From contig JAEWOA010000259.1 of NCBI GenBank assembly GCA_023461115.1, positions 7,244 through 71,243 on the forward strand: a stretch of DNA of 64,000 nucleotides, written 5' to 3'. The number at the start of each line of letters is the position of its first letter. Position 1 is the first letter of the stretch. The stretch comes from Actinomycetes bacterium (lineage in GTDB: Bacteria > Actinomycetota > Actinomycetes > Actinomycetales > Cellulomonadaceae). Positions 8,591 through 17,416 of this stretch are shown here, one piece after another. A model generated the notes under the pieces. The model saw only the letters and a program-made list of their open reading frames with translations. It was not told the DNA's origin and ran no database searches. A program made the translations under genes and the position numbers.

Positions 8591-9220
8591 CTATGCCGCC
8601 GCGACCTCCCGCGTCCACGTGCCGTCGGCGTCGGGCGCGAACCCCACCCGGCTGTAGTAGTCCCGATTGTCCTTCACCGGATCGACGACGAGCGACGAGA
8701 ACCCCCACCCCGAGAACACGCCGGACCGCCGGTACACGAACTCGCCGGGCTCGAAGTCCCGGAACCGCGGCGTCACGTAGTCGAGCTCGACCCGCCCCAG
8801 CCCGGCGCCCTCGTCGCGGACCACGACGACGCCCACGGTCTCGTCACCCCGCACGACCAGGAAGGCGCACCGCCCCTGCGCGGGCTCCAGCGCGAAGCCC
8901 GGAGCGAACCGGTGGATGTCCGCCAAGTGCACCGAGACCACACGCGCGAGGTAGGCGTCCGTCAGCGGCACCGACACGATCTCGTAGGTGGCCTCGGAGT
9001 GCCGCTCCTCGCGCAACAGCCTGACCAGCCAGTACACGTCGATGACCGCGATCACGCCGTTCATCGCGGCGAACGGCCACACCTCGATCACCGCGTTGTA
9101 GACCGTCGCGATCGCGGCCCCCACCAGGTTGAGCACCCGGAACCGCAGCACGCGGGCCTGCATGAGCGAGACGATGACCAGGATGGACCCGATCCATCCG
9201 ACGACCTCGAGCCAGTTCAT
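8591..9220 (-). CDS. YgjV-like membrane domain fused to a GNAT-like soluble domain
   Basis: 209 aa. The N-terminal 75 aa form three hydrophobic helices (MNWLEVVGWIGSILVIVSLMQ...VIDVYWLVRLL). The C-terminal roughly 130 aa (FLVVRGDETVGVVVVRDEG...ELDYVTPRFRD) resemble an acetyltransferase fold. Confidence 0.6.
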   Translation of the reverse strand: MNWLEVVGWIGSILVIVSLMQARVLRFRVLNLVGAAIATVYNAVIEVWPFAAMNGVIAVIDVYWLVRLLREERHSEATYEIVSVPLTDAYLARVVSVHLADIHRFAPGFALEPAQGRCAFLVVRGDETVGVVVVRDEGAGLGRVELDYVTPRFRDFEPGEFVYRRSGVFSGWGFSSLVVDPVKDNRDYYSRVGFAPDADGTWTREVAAA

Positions 9221-9276
9221 GGAGACGAGGCTAATTGGGTTGGCGCCCGTCCAGCCCGGGCGAGACCGTGGGAACC

Positions 9277-10377
9277 ATGGTCTCGATCCGTGCGGTCCCT
9301 CTCACCGCGACGCACGACGAGCCCGCGGCGGCGCTGCTGCGGGGGTACGTCGACGCCATGAACGCGTCGATCGTCGACACCTGGGGCAACACCGACTTCA
9401 TCCGCGAGCCGCACGAGCTGCTCGGCGCGATGCGCGACCAGGAGTACGAGCGGCGCGTGCGGCTGGCCGCGGTCGACGACGACGCCGGCGACGAGCCCAC
9501 CCCCGCCCAGGTGCACGGCTACGGCGTGCTGAACATGCCGTTGCGGGACAACACGACGTGGGCCTACGTCGAGGTCGGCGTGCGCCCGGGCTCCCGCGGC
9601 CGGGGTGTCGGCGGGGCGCTGTACGACGAACTCGTGCTCCGTGCCCGCGCCGGCGGACGCACCACGCTCATGGGCGAGTCGGAGCACGCCGCCGAGCCGC
9701 CCGCCGGGCCCGGCGCGCTGACCGCCCCGACCGGCTCGGGCCGCGTGCCCGTCGACGCGCCCAGCGTGCGGTTCGCGCAGGCGCGCGGCTTCGTCCTGGA
9801 GCAGGTCGAGCGGCATTCGCGCCTCGGTGTCCCGCTCGACGAGGCGTTCGTCGAGCAGCAACGCGCGCTCGCCGCGCAGGCCGCGGGCGACGAGTACCGC
9901 ACGGTCGGCTGGTCGGGCGACACGCCCGAGGAGTGGGTCGACGCCATGGCCGTCCTGAAGACGCGCATGAGCGCAGGCGTGCCGCTGGCCGGGCTGGAGT
10001 ACGAGGAGGACCGCTGGGACGCCGAGCGCGTGCGCGCCGCGGACCGGACGATCGCCGCCCGCGGCCTGAGCCGGGTGGTCACGACCGCACTGCACGTGCC
10101 GAGCGGGCAACTCGTCGGGTACACCGAGTTCCTGACCATCCCGACGTCGCAGGAGTTCGTCTACCAGGACGACACACTCGTGCTGCAGGAGCACCGCGGG
10201 CACCGGCTCGGCATGCTCGTCAAGGCCGCGAACCTGCAGCGCCTGGCCGTCGAACGCCCGCGCGTGCGGCGCATCGGCACGTGGAACGCCGAGGAGAACG
10301 ACCACATGCTCGCGATCAACATCGCGCTCGGGTTCCGCCCCGCAGGGTGCTGCGGCGCCTGGCAGCTCAAGCTCTAG
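9277..10377 (+). CDS. Tandem-GNAT N-acetyltransferase (MshD-like architecture)
   Basis: Two GNAT cores: VEVGVRPGSRGRGVGGALYDEL and LVLQEHRGHRLGMLVKAANL. Start taken at ATG 9277; the ORF is open from 9235. Confidence 0.8.
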   Translation: MVSIRAVPLTATHDEPAAALLRGYVDAMNASIVDTWGNTDFIREPHELLGAMRDQEYERRVRLAAVDDDAGDEPTPAQVHGYGVLNMPLRDNTTWAYVEVGVRPGSRGRGVGGALYDELVLRARAGGRTTLMGESEHAAEPPAGPGALTAPTGSGRVPVDAPSVRFAQARGFVLEQVERHSRLGVPLDEAFVEQQRALAAQAAGDEYRTVGWSGDTPEEWVDAMAVLKTRMSAGVPLAGLEYEEDRWDAERVRAADRTIAARGLSRVVTTALHVPSGQLVGYTEFLTIPTSQEFVYQDDTLVLQEHRGHRLGMLVKAANLQRLAVERPRVRRIGTWNAEENDHMLAINIALGFRPAGCCGAWQLKL

Positions 10378-10386
10378 CCCGGCGGG

Positions 10387-10420
10387 GGCACGTCGTCGGG
10401 CTGCGGCACGTCGTCGGGCT
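10387..10420. repeat. Tandem duplication GGCACGTCGTCGGGCT x2 (period 18)
   Basis: Copies at 10387-10402 and 10405-10420. The second copy abuts the stop codon (10420-10422) of the minus-strand SRPBCC gene. Confidence 0.85.
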
Positions 10421-11181
10421 CAGGCCGGCACCGCGGCGCCCGACCGCTTCCACCAGCCCGACCAGCGCGCGTGCACCTCGTCGAACGTCACGGGGTCCAG
10501 CCCGTACGTCGAGAGGATCGCGCCGACCGTCCCGTGCGGCGGGTGGGACGCGATCGGCGTCTCGCGGATGACCAGGAACGCCTCGGTGACGCCGTGCAAG
10601 TGGATGCCGAACTGGTGCTCGGCCTTGTAGGCCACGGTCCCGCCGAGCAGCGTGCCGTCGGGCCGCCGCGCCTGCACGTGCGCGCCCACGGGGATGCCCC
10701 GCACGCCGTGCAGGCCCGCGCGGTCCAGCAGGCGGCTGCGCCGGTCGCCCGCGTCGAGGTCGAAGACCGCGAGCGTCTGGCGGTCCTCGTCGGGCCGCAC
10801 GGTGAGCGCGAAGTGGAGCTGGTGCGCGTAGGTCAGCCAATTCTCGTCGACCTCGTCGCGCACGCCGTCGTAGGCGCCGAGCAGGCCCTCGTGGCTCTGC
10901 CTGGTGACGACGATCCGCGTGACGCCAGGCTCGTGCGCGGCGCCGCTGACCGTGACCTGGTCATGGTGGGGCCAGGTCAGGGTGTGGATGGTGGAGTCGC
11001 GGTCCACCGACCGGGACTCGGTGGGCTCACCGATCAAGTGGGTGTGGATGTCCTCGTCCAGCCCCGGCCGGTCCCAGCCGAACCAGCGCCGCGCGAGCAC
11101 GGGGTTGCGCAGGTGCTCCCACACGGTGGCGAGGGTGGCCGGGATCACGAGCGACACGATCTCGCGGCGGTCCAGGGACAT
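10420..11181 (-). CDS. SRPBCC/Aha1-like domain protein (hypothetical)
   Basis: 253-aa ORF with good GC3. N-terminal LVIPATLATVWEHLRNPVLARRWFGW resembles the START/SRPBCC superfamily. The function is not recognisable. Confidence 0.55.
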   Translation of the reverse strand: MSLDRREIVSLVIPATLATVWEHLRNPVLARRWFGWDRPGLDEDIHTHLIGEPTESRSVDRDSTIHTLTWPHHDQVTVSGAAHEPGVTRIVVTRQSHEGLLGAYDGVRDEVDENWLTYAHQLHFALTVRPDEDRQTLAVFDLDAGDRRSRLLDRAGLHGVRGIPVGAHVQARRPDGTLLGGTVAYKAEHQFGIHLHGVTEAFLVIRETPIASHPPHGTVGAILSTYGLDPVTFDEVHARWSGWWKRSGAAVPA

Positions 11182-11224
11182 CGCGCATCACCTCTGACGG
11201 TCGACGGCCGGTGTCCCACTGACG

Positions 11225-12409
11225 CTAGTCGCCACCCGCGGCGCCGCCACCGGAGCCGCTGGCGGGCGGCTGCGGTGGCGCGCTCGTGGGCTGCTCGATG
11301 AGGACCGCGAGCGCGTCCGCGTCGACCCGCAGCGGCACGCGCTCACCGGCCTCCCACGCGGAGCCCGCGCGCGCGAGCGCGGTCACCTCGCCCACGCCGT
11401 CGACGAGCACGCGCACCTCGGCCCGCCCGCGACGAGACGCGACGCCCCGGACGGTCCCGGTCGCGGACGCGCGCCCGGAGTCCAGCCCGACGACGACATA
11501 CGCCCCTTCCGCGAGCGCGAGCACCGCGTGCCGGGGGCCGCCCACGAGGTCCTCCGCCGCCACGAGGAGCTCACGCGGCGCGGAGCCCGCGGGCACGAAC
11601 GCCTCGTAGCCCAGGAAGCGCGCGACCTCGCGTGACGCCGGCGCACGCCACAGCTCGGCGGGCGCCGCGACCTGCAGCAGGCGGCCATCGGCCATCACGG
11701 CGACCCGGTCGGCCACCGCGAACGCCTCGTCCTGGTCGTGCGTGACGAACAGCGCGGTGGTGCCGGTCGCGACGAGCGCCGAGCGCAGGTCGAGCGCGAG
11801 CCGCTCCCGCAGCGCACGGTCCAGCGCCGAGAGGGGCTCGTCGAGCAGCAGCAGCCGGGGCCGGGGCGCGAGCGCGCGCGCCAACGCGACACGCTGCCGC
11901 TCCCCGCCCGACAAGGTCGCGATCGCGCGCCGCCCGTACCCCGCGAGCCCGGCGAGGGCCAGGAGCTCGTCGACGCGCGCCGAGACCTGGTCCCGCGGAG
12001 CCCCGGCGAGCCCGTACGCGACGTTGCCCGCGACGTCCCGGTGCGCGAACAATTGGCCGTCCTGGAACATCAGCCCGAACCCGCGGCGGTGCACGGGCAC
12101 ACCGGCGACCGTCTGTCCGTCCCAGGTGACCGTGCCGGACGCGAGCGGCTCGAGCCCGGCCACCGCGCGCAGCAGCGACGACTTGCCGCACCCGGACGGC
12201 CCGAGCAGCGCGAGCACCTCGCCGGGGGCGACGGTGAGGTCCACGCCGTCGACCGCGACGGTTCCGGGGTCTCGTCGGGTGGAGCCGTACCGCACGACGA
12301 CGTCCCGCACCCCGAGCCCGACGGCGCCCGACTCGGCGGCGCCCGCGTCGACGAGTGGCGTGGCCCGCGTCGTGCCGGTCGTCGTGCCTGCGTCGGTCGC
12401 CATCACCAC
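11225..12409 (-). CDS. ABC transporter ATP-binding protein (thiamine/Fe3+-type importer, ThiQ-like)
   Basis: Walker A GPSGCGKSSLL, signature LSGGERQRVALARAL, Walker B LLLLDEPLSALD and a C-terminal TOBE-like domain. Overlaps the permease stop. Confidence 0.85.
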   Translation of the reverse strand: MVMATDAGTTTGTTRATPLVDAGAAESGAVGLGVRDVVVRYGSTRRDPGTVAVDGVDLTVAPGEVLALLGPSGCGKSSLLRAVAGLEPLASGTVTWDGQTVAGVPVHRRGFGLMFQDGQLFAHRDVAGNVAYGLAGAPRDQVSARVDELLALAGLAGYGRRAIATLSGGERQRVALARALAPRPRLLLLDEPLSALDRALRERLALDLRSALVATGTTALFVTHDQDEAFAVADRVAVMADGRLLQVAAPAELWRAPASREVARFLGYEAFVPAGSAPRELLVAAEDLVGGPRHAVLALAEGAYVVVGLDSGRASATGTVRGVASRRGRAEVRVLVDGVGEVTALARAGSAWEAGERVPLRVDADALAVLIEQPTSAPPQPPASGSGGGAAGGD

Positions 12410-14142
12410 TCACCTCCTGCGTCGCGCGTGCGCAGCCGCTCGCACAGCGCGACGACGCCCGCGGTCAGCGCCGCGAGCACCACCGACGCCGCGAGCGCGG
12501 CGCCGTAGTTGTCCAGCCCCGGCCGTCCGATGAGGCGGAAGACCACGACGGGAAGGGTCTGCGTGTCGGGCCGCGCGAGGAACGACGTGGCCCCGAACTC
12601 CCCCAGGGACGCGGCGAACGCGAACCCCAGCGCGAGCCCGATGGACCGCGCGGCCAGGGACAGGTCCACGGATCGCAGCACGCGGCCGGGCGCCGCTCCG
12701 AGGGTCGACGCGGCCTCGCGCAGCCGGGGGTCGATGGCCCGCAGCACGGGCAGCACGGTGCGCACGACGAGCGGCACCGCGACCACGGCCTGCGCGACCG
12801 GCACCAGCCACCACGCGGTCCGCAGGTCCACGGGCAGCCCGAACGGCTCGTGCATCGAGACCAGGAACCCGAACCCGACGGTCACGGCGGACACCCCGAG
12901 CGGCAGCATGAAGAGCGCGTCGAGCCCGGCGATGGCCCGGCGCGCGGGCGCCGCGAGCGGTCGTCGGGACACGACGAGCGCGACGAGCCCGCCGACGACG
13001 AGCGCGACGAGCATCGCGACGGCCGCGATCCGCAGGGAGGTCGCCGCGGCCTGCCACACCGTCACGGTCAGGCCGTCCCCGGTGCGCCCGAGCGCGCGGT
13101 AGTGGTCGAGCCCCCAATGGTCGCCGACGCGCAGCGACCGGACCAGCAGGTTGACCAGCGGGGTCGCCAGGAGCACGACGACCACCGCGGTGAGCGCGGC
13201 GGCCGCGAGCGCGGGGCCGTGCCCGTCCCCGCGGGGCCCCTCGCGCCGCAGCCGCAGCGGCCGTACGGCGTCGCCGGGTGTCGCGAGCACGAGGGCCCGC
13301 TCGCGCCGCGTCCGCGCGCGCCCGGCCACCAGCAGCGCGCCGGCCACGACGACGAGCTGCACCACCGAGAGCACCGCGGCGGCGCGCAGGTCGAGGAACT
13401 GCGTCGTCTGCACCCAGATCTCGGTCTCGATGGTGCCGAACCGCAGCCCGCCGAGCACCAGCACGGTGCCGAACGCGGTCGCGCAGAACAGGAACACGAG
13501 CGACGCGGCGGACGCGATCGCCGGGGTCAGCGCCGGCAGGGTCACGGTGCGGAACGCCCGCCACGGCGTCGCCCCGAGCGCGCGGGCCGCTTGCTCGGCG
13601 CGCGGGTCGAGCCGCTCCCACAGCCCGCCGACCGACCGGACCACCACCGCGTAGTTGAAGAACACGAGCGCCGCGACGATCGCCGCGAACGTCCCGTCCA
13701 GGTGGAGGAAGCCGAGGGGTCCGCCGTCCACCAGCAACGAGCGGAAGGCGACGCCGACGACGACCGTCGGAAGCACGAACGGCACCGTGACCAGCGCCCG
13801 GACCGCAGCGCGTCCGGGGAACCGGCGCCGGTGCAGCACGTACGCGCCCGGCACTCCGAGGCCCACCGACACCACCGTCGCCACACCCGCCTGCGCGAGC
13901 GTCAGCCCGACGATCCGCCAGGTGCGCGGCCTGGAGAACACGTCGGCGAACCCGGACAGGTCCAGGCGCCCGTCGACGACGAACCCCTTGACCACCATGA
14001 CCGCGACGGGCCATGCGAAGAACGCGACGAGGAACGCGACCGGCACGACGACGGCCACCGCCCAGCCGAGCCACCGCCACTGCCACCTGCTCGCGCGGGC
14101 CAGTGGGCGGTGCTGGGGCGGCGCCGTCGTCGTGAGCGTCAT
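12403..14142 (-). CDS. ABC transporter permease with duplicated TMD (ThiP-like)
   Basis: 579 aa with two permease halves, typical of thiamine/Fe3+ ABC permeases. Tightly packed between the SBP and ATPase genes. Confidence 0.85.
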   Translation of the reverse strand: MTLTTTAPPQHRPLARASRWQWRWLGWAVAVVVPVAFLVAFFAWPVAVMVVKGFVVDGRLDLSGFADVFSRPRTWRIVGLTLAQAGVATVVSVGLGVPGAYVLHRRRFPGRAAVRALVTVPFVLPTVVVGVAFRSLLVDGGPLGFLHLDGTFAAIVAALVFFNYAVVVRSVGGLWERLDPRAEQAARALGATPWRAFRTVTLPALTPAIASAASLVFLFCATAFGTVLVLGGLRFGTIETEIWVQTTQFLDLRAAAVLSVVQLVVVAGALLVAGRARTRRERALVLATPGDAVRPLRLRREGPRGDGHGPALAAAALTAVVVVLLATPLVNLLVRSLRVGDHWGLDHYRALGRTGDGLTVTVWQAAATSLRIAAVAMLVALVVGGLVALVVSRRPLAAPARRAIAGLDALFMLPLGVSAVTVGFGFLVSMHEPFGLPVDLRTAWWLVPVAQAVVAVPLVVRTVLPVLRAIDPRLREAASTLGAAPGRVLRSVDLSLAARSIGLALGFAFAASLGEFGATSFLARPDTQTLPVVVFRLIGRPGLDNYGAALAASVVLAALTAGVVALCERLRTRDAGGEW

Positions 14143-14143
14143 G

Positions 14144-15247
14144 TCAGCCGATCACCAGCTCCGACCACTCCTGCAGCCACTCCTGCCGGTGCTGGGTGAT
14201 GTCGGCTGGTTCCACGTGGAACGGCGAGTCGGACAGCGGGGCGAACGCGGCCCACTCCTGCGGCAACGGCACCGCTGAGCTCACGGGGTACATGTACATG
14301 GACCCTGGGATGTCGGCCTGCACCTCGTCGGACAGCAGGTAGTCGAGCAGCTTCTGGGCGCCGGCGGGGTTGGCGGCGCCGGCGAGCACGCCCGCGTACT
14401 CCACCTGGCGGAAGCACGTGTCGAGCAGCGCGCCGGTCGTCGGCTCGGCGCCGCCCTCGGGGACGGTGAACGGCGGCGAGCTCGCGTACGAGAGCACCAG
14501 CGGCCGCGGGCCGTCGGCGCCGCCCGCGGAGAAGTCCGTGTAGTACGCGTCCGACCAGCCCTCGGCCACCTTCAGGCCGTTGGCCTTGAGCGCGGTCCAG
14601 TAGTCCTGCCAGCCGTCGGGCTTGGCGCCGATCGTCGCCAGCAGGAACGCGAACCCGGGCGACGAGGTCACGGCGTTGGGGACCACGAGCAGGTCCTTGT
14701 ACGCCGGCTTGGTCAGGTCGTCGAGCGTCGCGGGCTCGGCCAGGCCCTTCGCCGTGAACCACGTGTGGTCGACGTTGACGCACACGTCGCCGTAGTCGAT
14801 CGCGGTGAGCGCGCCGTCGTCGCCCGCGGCGAAGGTCGCGGCGTCCGCGGCGGCCGGCGCGCTCGAGGAGTACTTCTCGACGACGCCCTCGTCGACCGCC
14901 CGGCTCGCGAACGTGTTGTCGATGCCGAACGCCAGGTCCCCGAGCGGCGCGTCCTTGGTCAGCACGAGCTGGTTGACGAGGGTGCCCGCGTCTCCCGGCT
15001 GCACGAGCTCGACCTTGATCCCGGTCTCCTGGGTGAAGCCCTCGAGGATCCCGTCGGACAGCGCGAACGAGTCGTGCGTGACGAGCGTGACCGTGTCGCT
15101 CGTCGGGCCCGACGACGCACCGCCGGGCTCGCCGCCCGGGCCGTCGTCGGCCCCGCACGCCGTGAGCGCGAGGCTGGCCGCGGCGATCACCGCGAGGCTC
15201 GTCGGGATGCGGCGGGCGCGGGACACGCGCGTGGTGGCTCTCGCCAT
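14144..15247 (-). CDS. Thiamine ABC transporter substrate-binding lipoprotein (ThiB/TbpA-like)
   Basis: Signal peptide plus lipobox LALTAC. GAAGGAGG RBS before ATG 15247. A TPP riboswitch immediately upstream supports the thiamine assignment. Confidence 0.8.
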   Translation of the reverse strand: MARATTRVSRARRIPTSLAVIAAASLALTACGADDGPGGEPGGASSGPTSDTVTLVTHDSFALSDGILEGFTQETGIKVELVQPGDAGTLVNQLVLTKDAPLGDLAFGIDNTFASRAVDEGVVEKYSSSAPAAADAATFAAGDDGALTAIDYGDVCVNVDHTWFTAKGLAEPATLDDLTKPAYKDLLVVPNAVTSSPGFAFLLATIGAKPDGWQDYWTALKANGLKVAEGWSDAYYTDFSAGGADGPRPLVLSYASSPPFTVPEGGAEPTTGALLDTCFRQVEYAGVLAGAANPAGAQKLLDYLLSDEVQADIPGSMYMYPVSSAVPLPQEWAAFAPLSDSPFHVEPADITQHRQEWLQEWSELVIG

Positions 15248-15445
15248 GGGTGGTGCTCCTCCTTCGTCAGCAGGAGGGGTCCCCACATCCCGCCGGCTCC
15301 ACGCCGCGCGGCGGGAACCGACGACCGTGGAGATGAGAAGCCCGACTCCCTACGCCGGTATCAGCCGGATCAGGTTCGAGGGTCTGCGGTGGTCCGCACT
15401 CTCAGCGTCCTGGCTGGCGCCCTGACGCTCCCCTGTCGTTCGCCG
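15248..15445 (-). promoter_or_regulatory. TPP (THI-box) riboswitch with an SD-sequestering expression platform
   Basis: The minus strand reads ...GGGGAGCGUCAGGGCGCCAGCCAGGACGCUGAGAGUGCGG...CCCUCGAACCUGAUCCGGCUGAUACCGGCGUAGGGA..., matching the conserved CUGAGA and ACCUGAUC.GG....ACC.GCGUAGGGA cores. Downstream, a CCCCUCCU-gcugacga-AGGAGG hairpin covers the RBS. Confidence 0.85.
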
Positions 15446-15548
15446 ACGATCCTAGACCCGCACCCTGACAACCTGCGCCCAGGTCCGGGCGGGCGTGGTT
15501 CGTCGGAACCCGCGCGGGTCCCGACGACGGCGGGTAGCGTCCCGGAGT

Positions 15549-15809
15549 ATGCCGGACACGCCCTCCTCCCCTGTCCTCGCCAAGGTCGTCGGCGCCGTGG
15601 GCGCCATCGCGGCCGGCTGGATCGCGACGCAGATCGTGAACCAGACGTGGAAGGCGGCCCGCGGCCACAAGCCCCCCAGGGCAGAGGACCCGGGCGACTC
15701 CGCGCTCACCGAGATCATCCTGGCGGCCGCGTTCACGGGAGCGGTGGTGGGAGTGGCGCGCGCGTTCGCGGCAAGGGGCGCCGCCCGCCTGTCCACGCCC
15801 TCCCGCTAA
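15549..15809 (+). CDS. DUF4235-like small membrane-associated protein
   Basis: LAKVVGAVGAIAAGWIATQIVNQTWKAARG...TEIILAAAFTGAVVGVARAFAARG. Start taken at ATG 15549; the ORF is open from 15495. Confidence 0.6.
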   Translation: MPDTPSSPVLAKVVGAVGAIAAGWIATQIVNQTWKAARGHKPPRAEDPGDSALTEIILAAAFTGAVVGVARAFAARGAARLSTPSR

Positions 15810-15931
15810 CCCCACCGCCGAGTTCGTCGGAGACGGTCCAGTTCGTCGGAGATCTCCGCCGAACTCGCGGTTCTCCGACGAACTCGGCGGAAGGGGGTGG
15901 GGTTTACCTCTGGAGGGGTGGGGGGTGGGGG
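15810..15931. repeat. Composite C-tract / nested inverted repeat / G-tract element (X = GAGTTCGTCGGAGA)
   Basis: CCCCACC-gcc-GAGTTCGTCGGAGA-cggtcca-GTTCGTCGGAGA|TCTCCGCCGAAC-tcgcggt-TCTCCGACGAACTC-ggcggaa-GGGGGTGGGG, followed by GGGGTGGGGGGTGGGGG. Lies between convergent genes. Confidence 0.9.
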
Positions 15932-17391
15932 ATCTCGAAGACCTCCGCCAGCGCGCGGCGGGCGGCGAACCAGCCGCTCAGGCCGTGGACGCCCGGGCCC
16001 GGCGGTGTGGACGCCGAGCAGAGGTAGACACCGTCGCGGCCCACCGCGTACGGCTCCCGGCGCGCCGTGGGGCGCGCGAACATCTGCGTGATCGTCGCCG
16101 CGCCCGCGGAGATGTCCCCGCCCACGTAGTTCTCGTTGTGGTGGGCCAGGTGCGCCGCGGGCACGCAGCGGCTCGCGACGACCACGTCCCGGAAGCCCGG
16201 CGCGTACGCCTCGATGTGCGCGGTGACGGTCTCGGTGACGTCCACCGTCGACCCCGACGGCACGTGCGCGTACGCCCACAAGGGCCGCAGCGCGCCCACC
16301 CGGCGCGAGTCGTCGACGACGGTCGGATCACTCACCAGCGTCACGGGCCGCTCGGCGTGCCGGCCCGCGGCCACCTGCGCCTCCGCGTGCGCCATCTGCT
16401 CGCGCGTGCCGCCCAGGTGCACGGTCCCCGCCGCGCCGACCCCCGGCGCCTCCCACGGCACCGGGCCGTCCAGCACGAAGTCCACCTTGGCGGCGCCGTC
16501 GCCGTACCGGAACGACGAGAGCGCGCGCGCCGCCTTCGCGGGCCGGTGGTCGCCCAGCACCGAGACCAGCGTCCGCGGCGTGGTGTCGAACAGGTAGCAG
16601 TGCGCCGGCGGGAGATCGGGCCACGAGCGCACGGGGTGGTCGAGCACGAGCTGGCCGCCGTGCGCGACGAGGTCGTCGAGCAGCGCCGCGGTGATCGTCC
16701 CGGACCCACCGCGCGGAATGGCCCAGCCGGCCCCTGCGTGCGCCAGCGGGGCGAGCAGCATCGAGGTGCCGCCCGCCGCGAGCGACGGCAGCCGCGAGAT
16801 CGCGTGCGCGCCCACCCCGGTGAGCAGAGCGGGGGCCACGTCGCCGCGGAACCGGCGGCCCCACGCGCGGGTGCCCTGCTCCGCGACCGCGAGCCCGAAC
16901 GCCGCCGCGGCTGGCACGCCGCCGGGCAAGAGCCCGGATGGGACCGACCGCTTGTCCCCGAGCGCGGCCCGCACGACGTGCTCCCAGTCCTGGGCGAGCC
17001 GCCCGACGAGCGCCGCCCACGCGGGACCGTCGTCGCCCAGCTCCTCGACCGTCCGCTCGAGCGAGTGATACGCGAGCCCCGCGCGCCCGCCGGGCAACGG
17101 CTGCGCGAACGACACCTCGGGGGTCAGGAGCTCCACCCCCCGCGCGGACAGGTCGAACGCGCGGAAGAACGGCGACGCCCACGCCATCGGATGCACCGCC
17201 GAGCACAGGTCGTGCACGACCCCGTCGGCCAGCCCGAGGTCGAGCGTGCGGGCGCCGCCGCCGGGCGTCGGCTGCGCCTCCACCACGGTGACGGCCAGCC
17301 CGGCGCGCGCGCAGGTCACGGCCGCAGCCAGCCCGTTCGGCCCCGACCCGACGACGACTACCTCAGCCCGCCCCGGCACAGGCCCATCCAA
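15904..17391 (-). CDS. FAD/NAD(P)-dependent oxidoreductase, phytoene desaturase (CrtI-like) family
   Basis: N-terminal dinucleotide fold VVVVGSGPNGLAAAVTCARAGLAVTVVEAQPTPGGGART. 495 aa. Confidence 0.8.
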   Translation of the reverse strand: MDGPVPGRAEVVVVGSGPNGLAAAVTCARAGLAVTVVEAQPTPGGGARTLDLGLADGVVHDLCSAVHPMAWASPFFRAFDLSARGVELLTPEVSFAQPLPGGRAGLAYHSLERTVEELGDDGPAWAALVGRLAQDWEHVVRAALGDKRSVPSGLLPGGVPAAAAFGLAVAEQGTRAWGRRFRGDVAPALLTGVGAHAISRLPSLAAGGTSMLLAPLAHAGAGWAIPRGGSGTITAALLDDLVAHGGQLVLDHPVRSWPDLPPAHCYLFDTTPRTLVSVLGDHRPAKAARALSSFRYGDGAAKVDFVLDGPVPWEAPGVGAAGTVHLGGTREQMAHAEAQVAAGRHAERPVTLVSDPTVVDDSRRVGALRPLWAYAHVPSGSTVDVTETVTAHIEAYAPGFRDVVVASRCVPAAHLAHHNENYVGGDISAGAATITQMFARPTARREPYAVGRDGVYLCSASTPPGPGVHGLSGWFAARRALAEVFEIPHPPPLQR

Positions 17392-17416
17392 CCACCGGCC
17401 CCGGCGCGCGGCCCCG

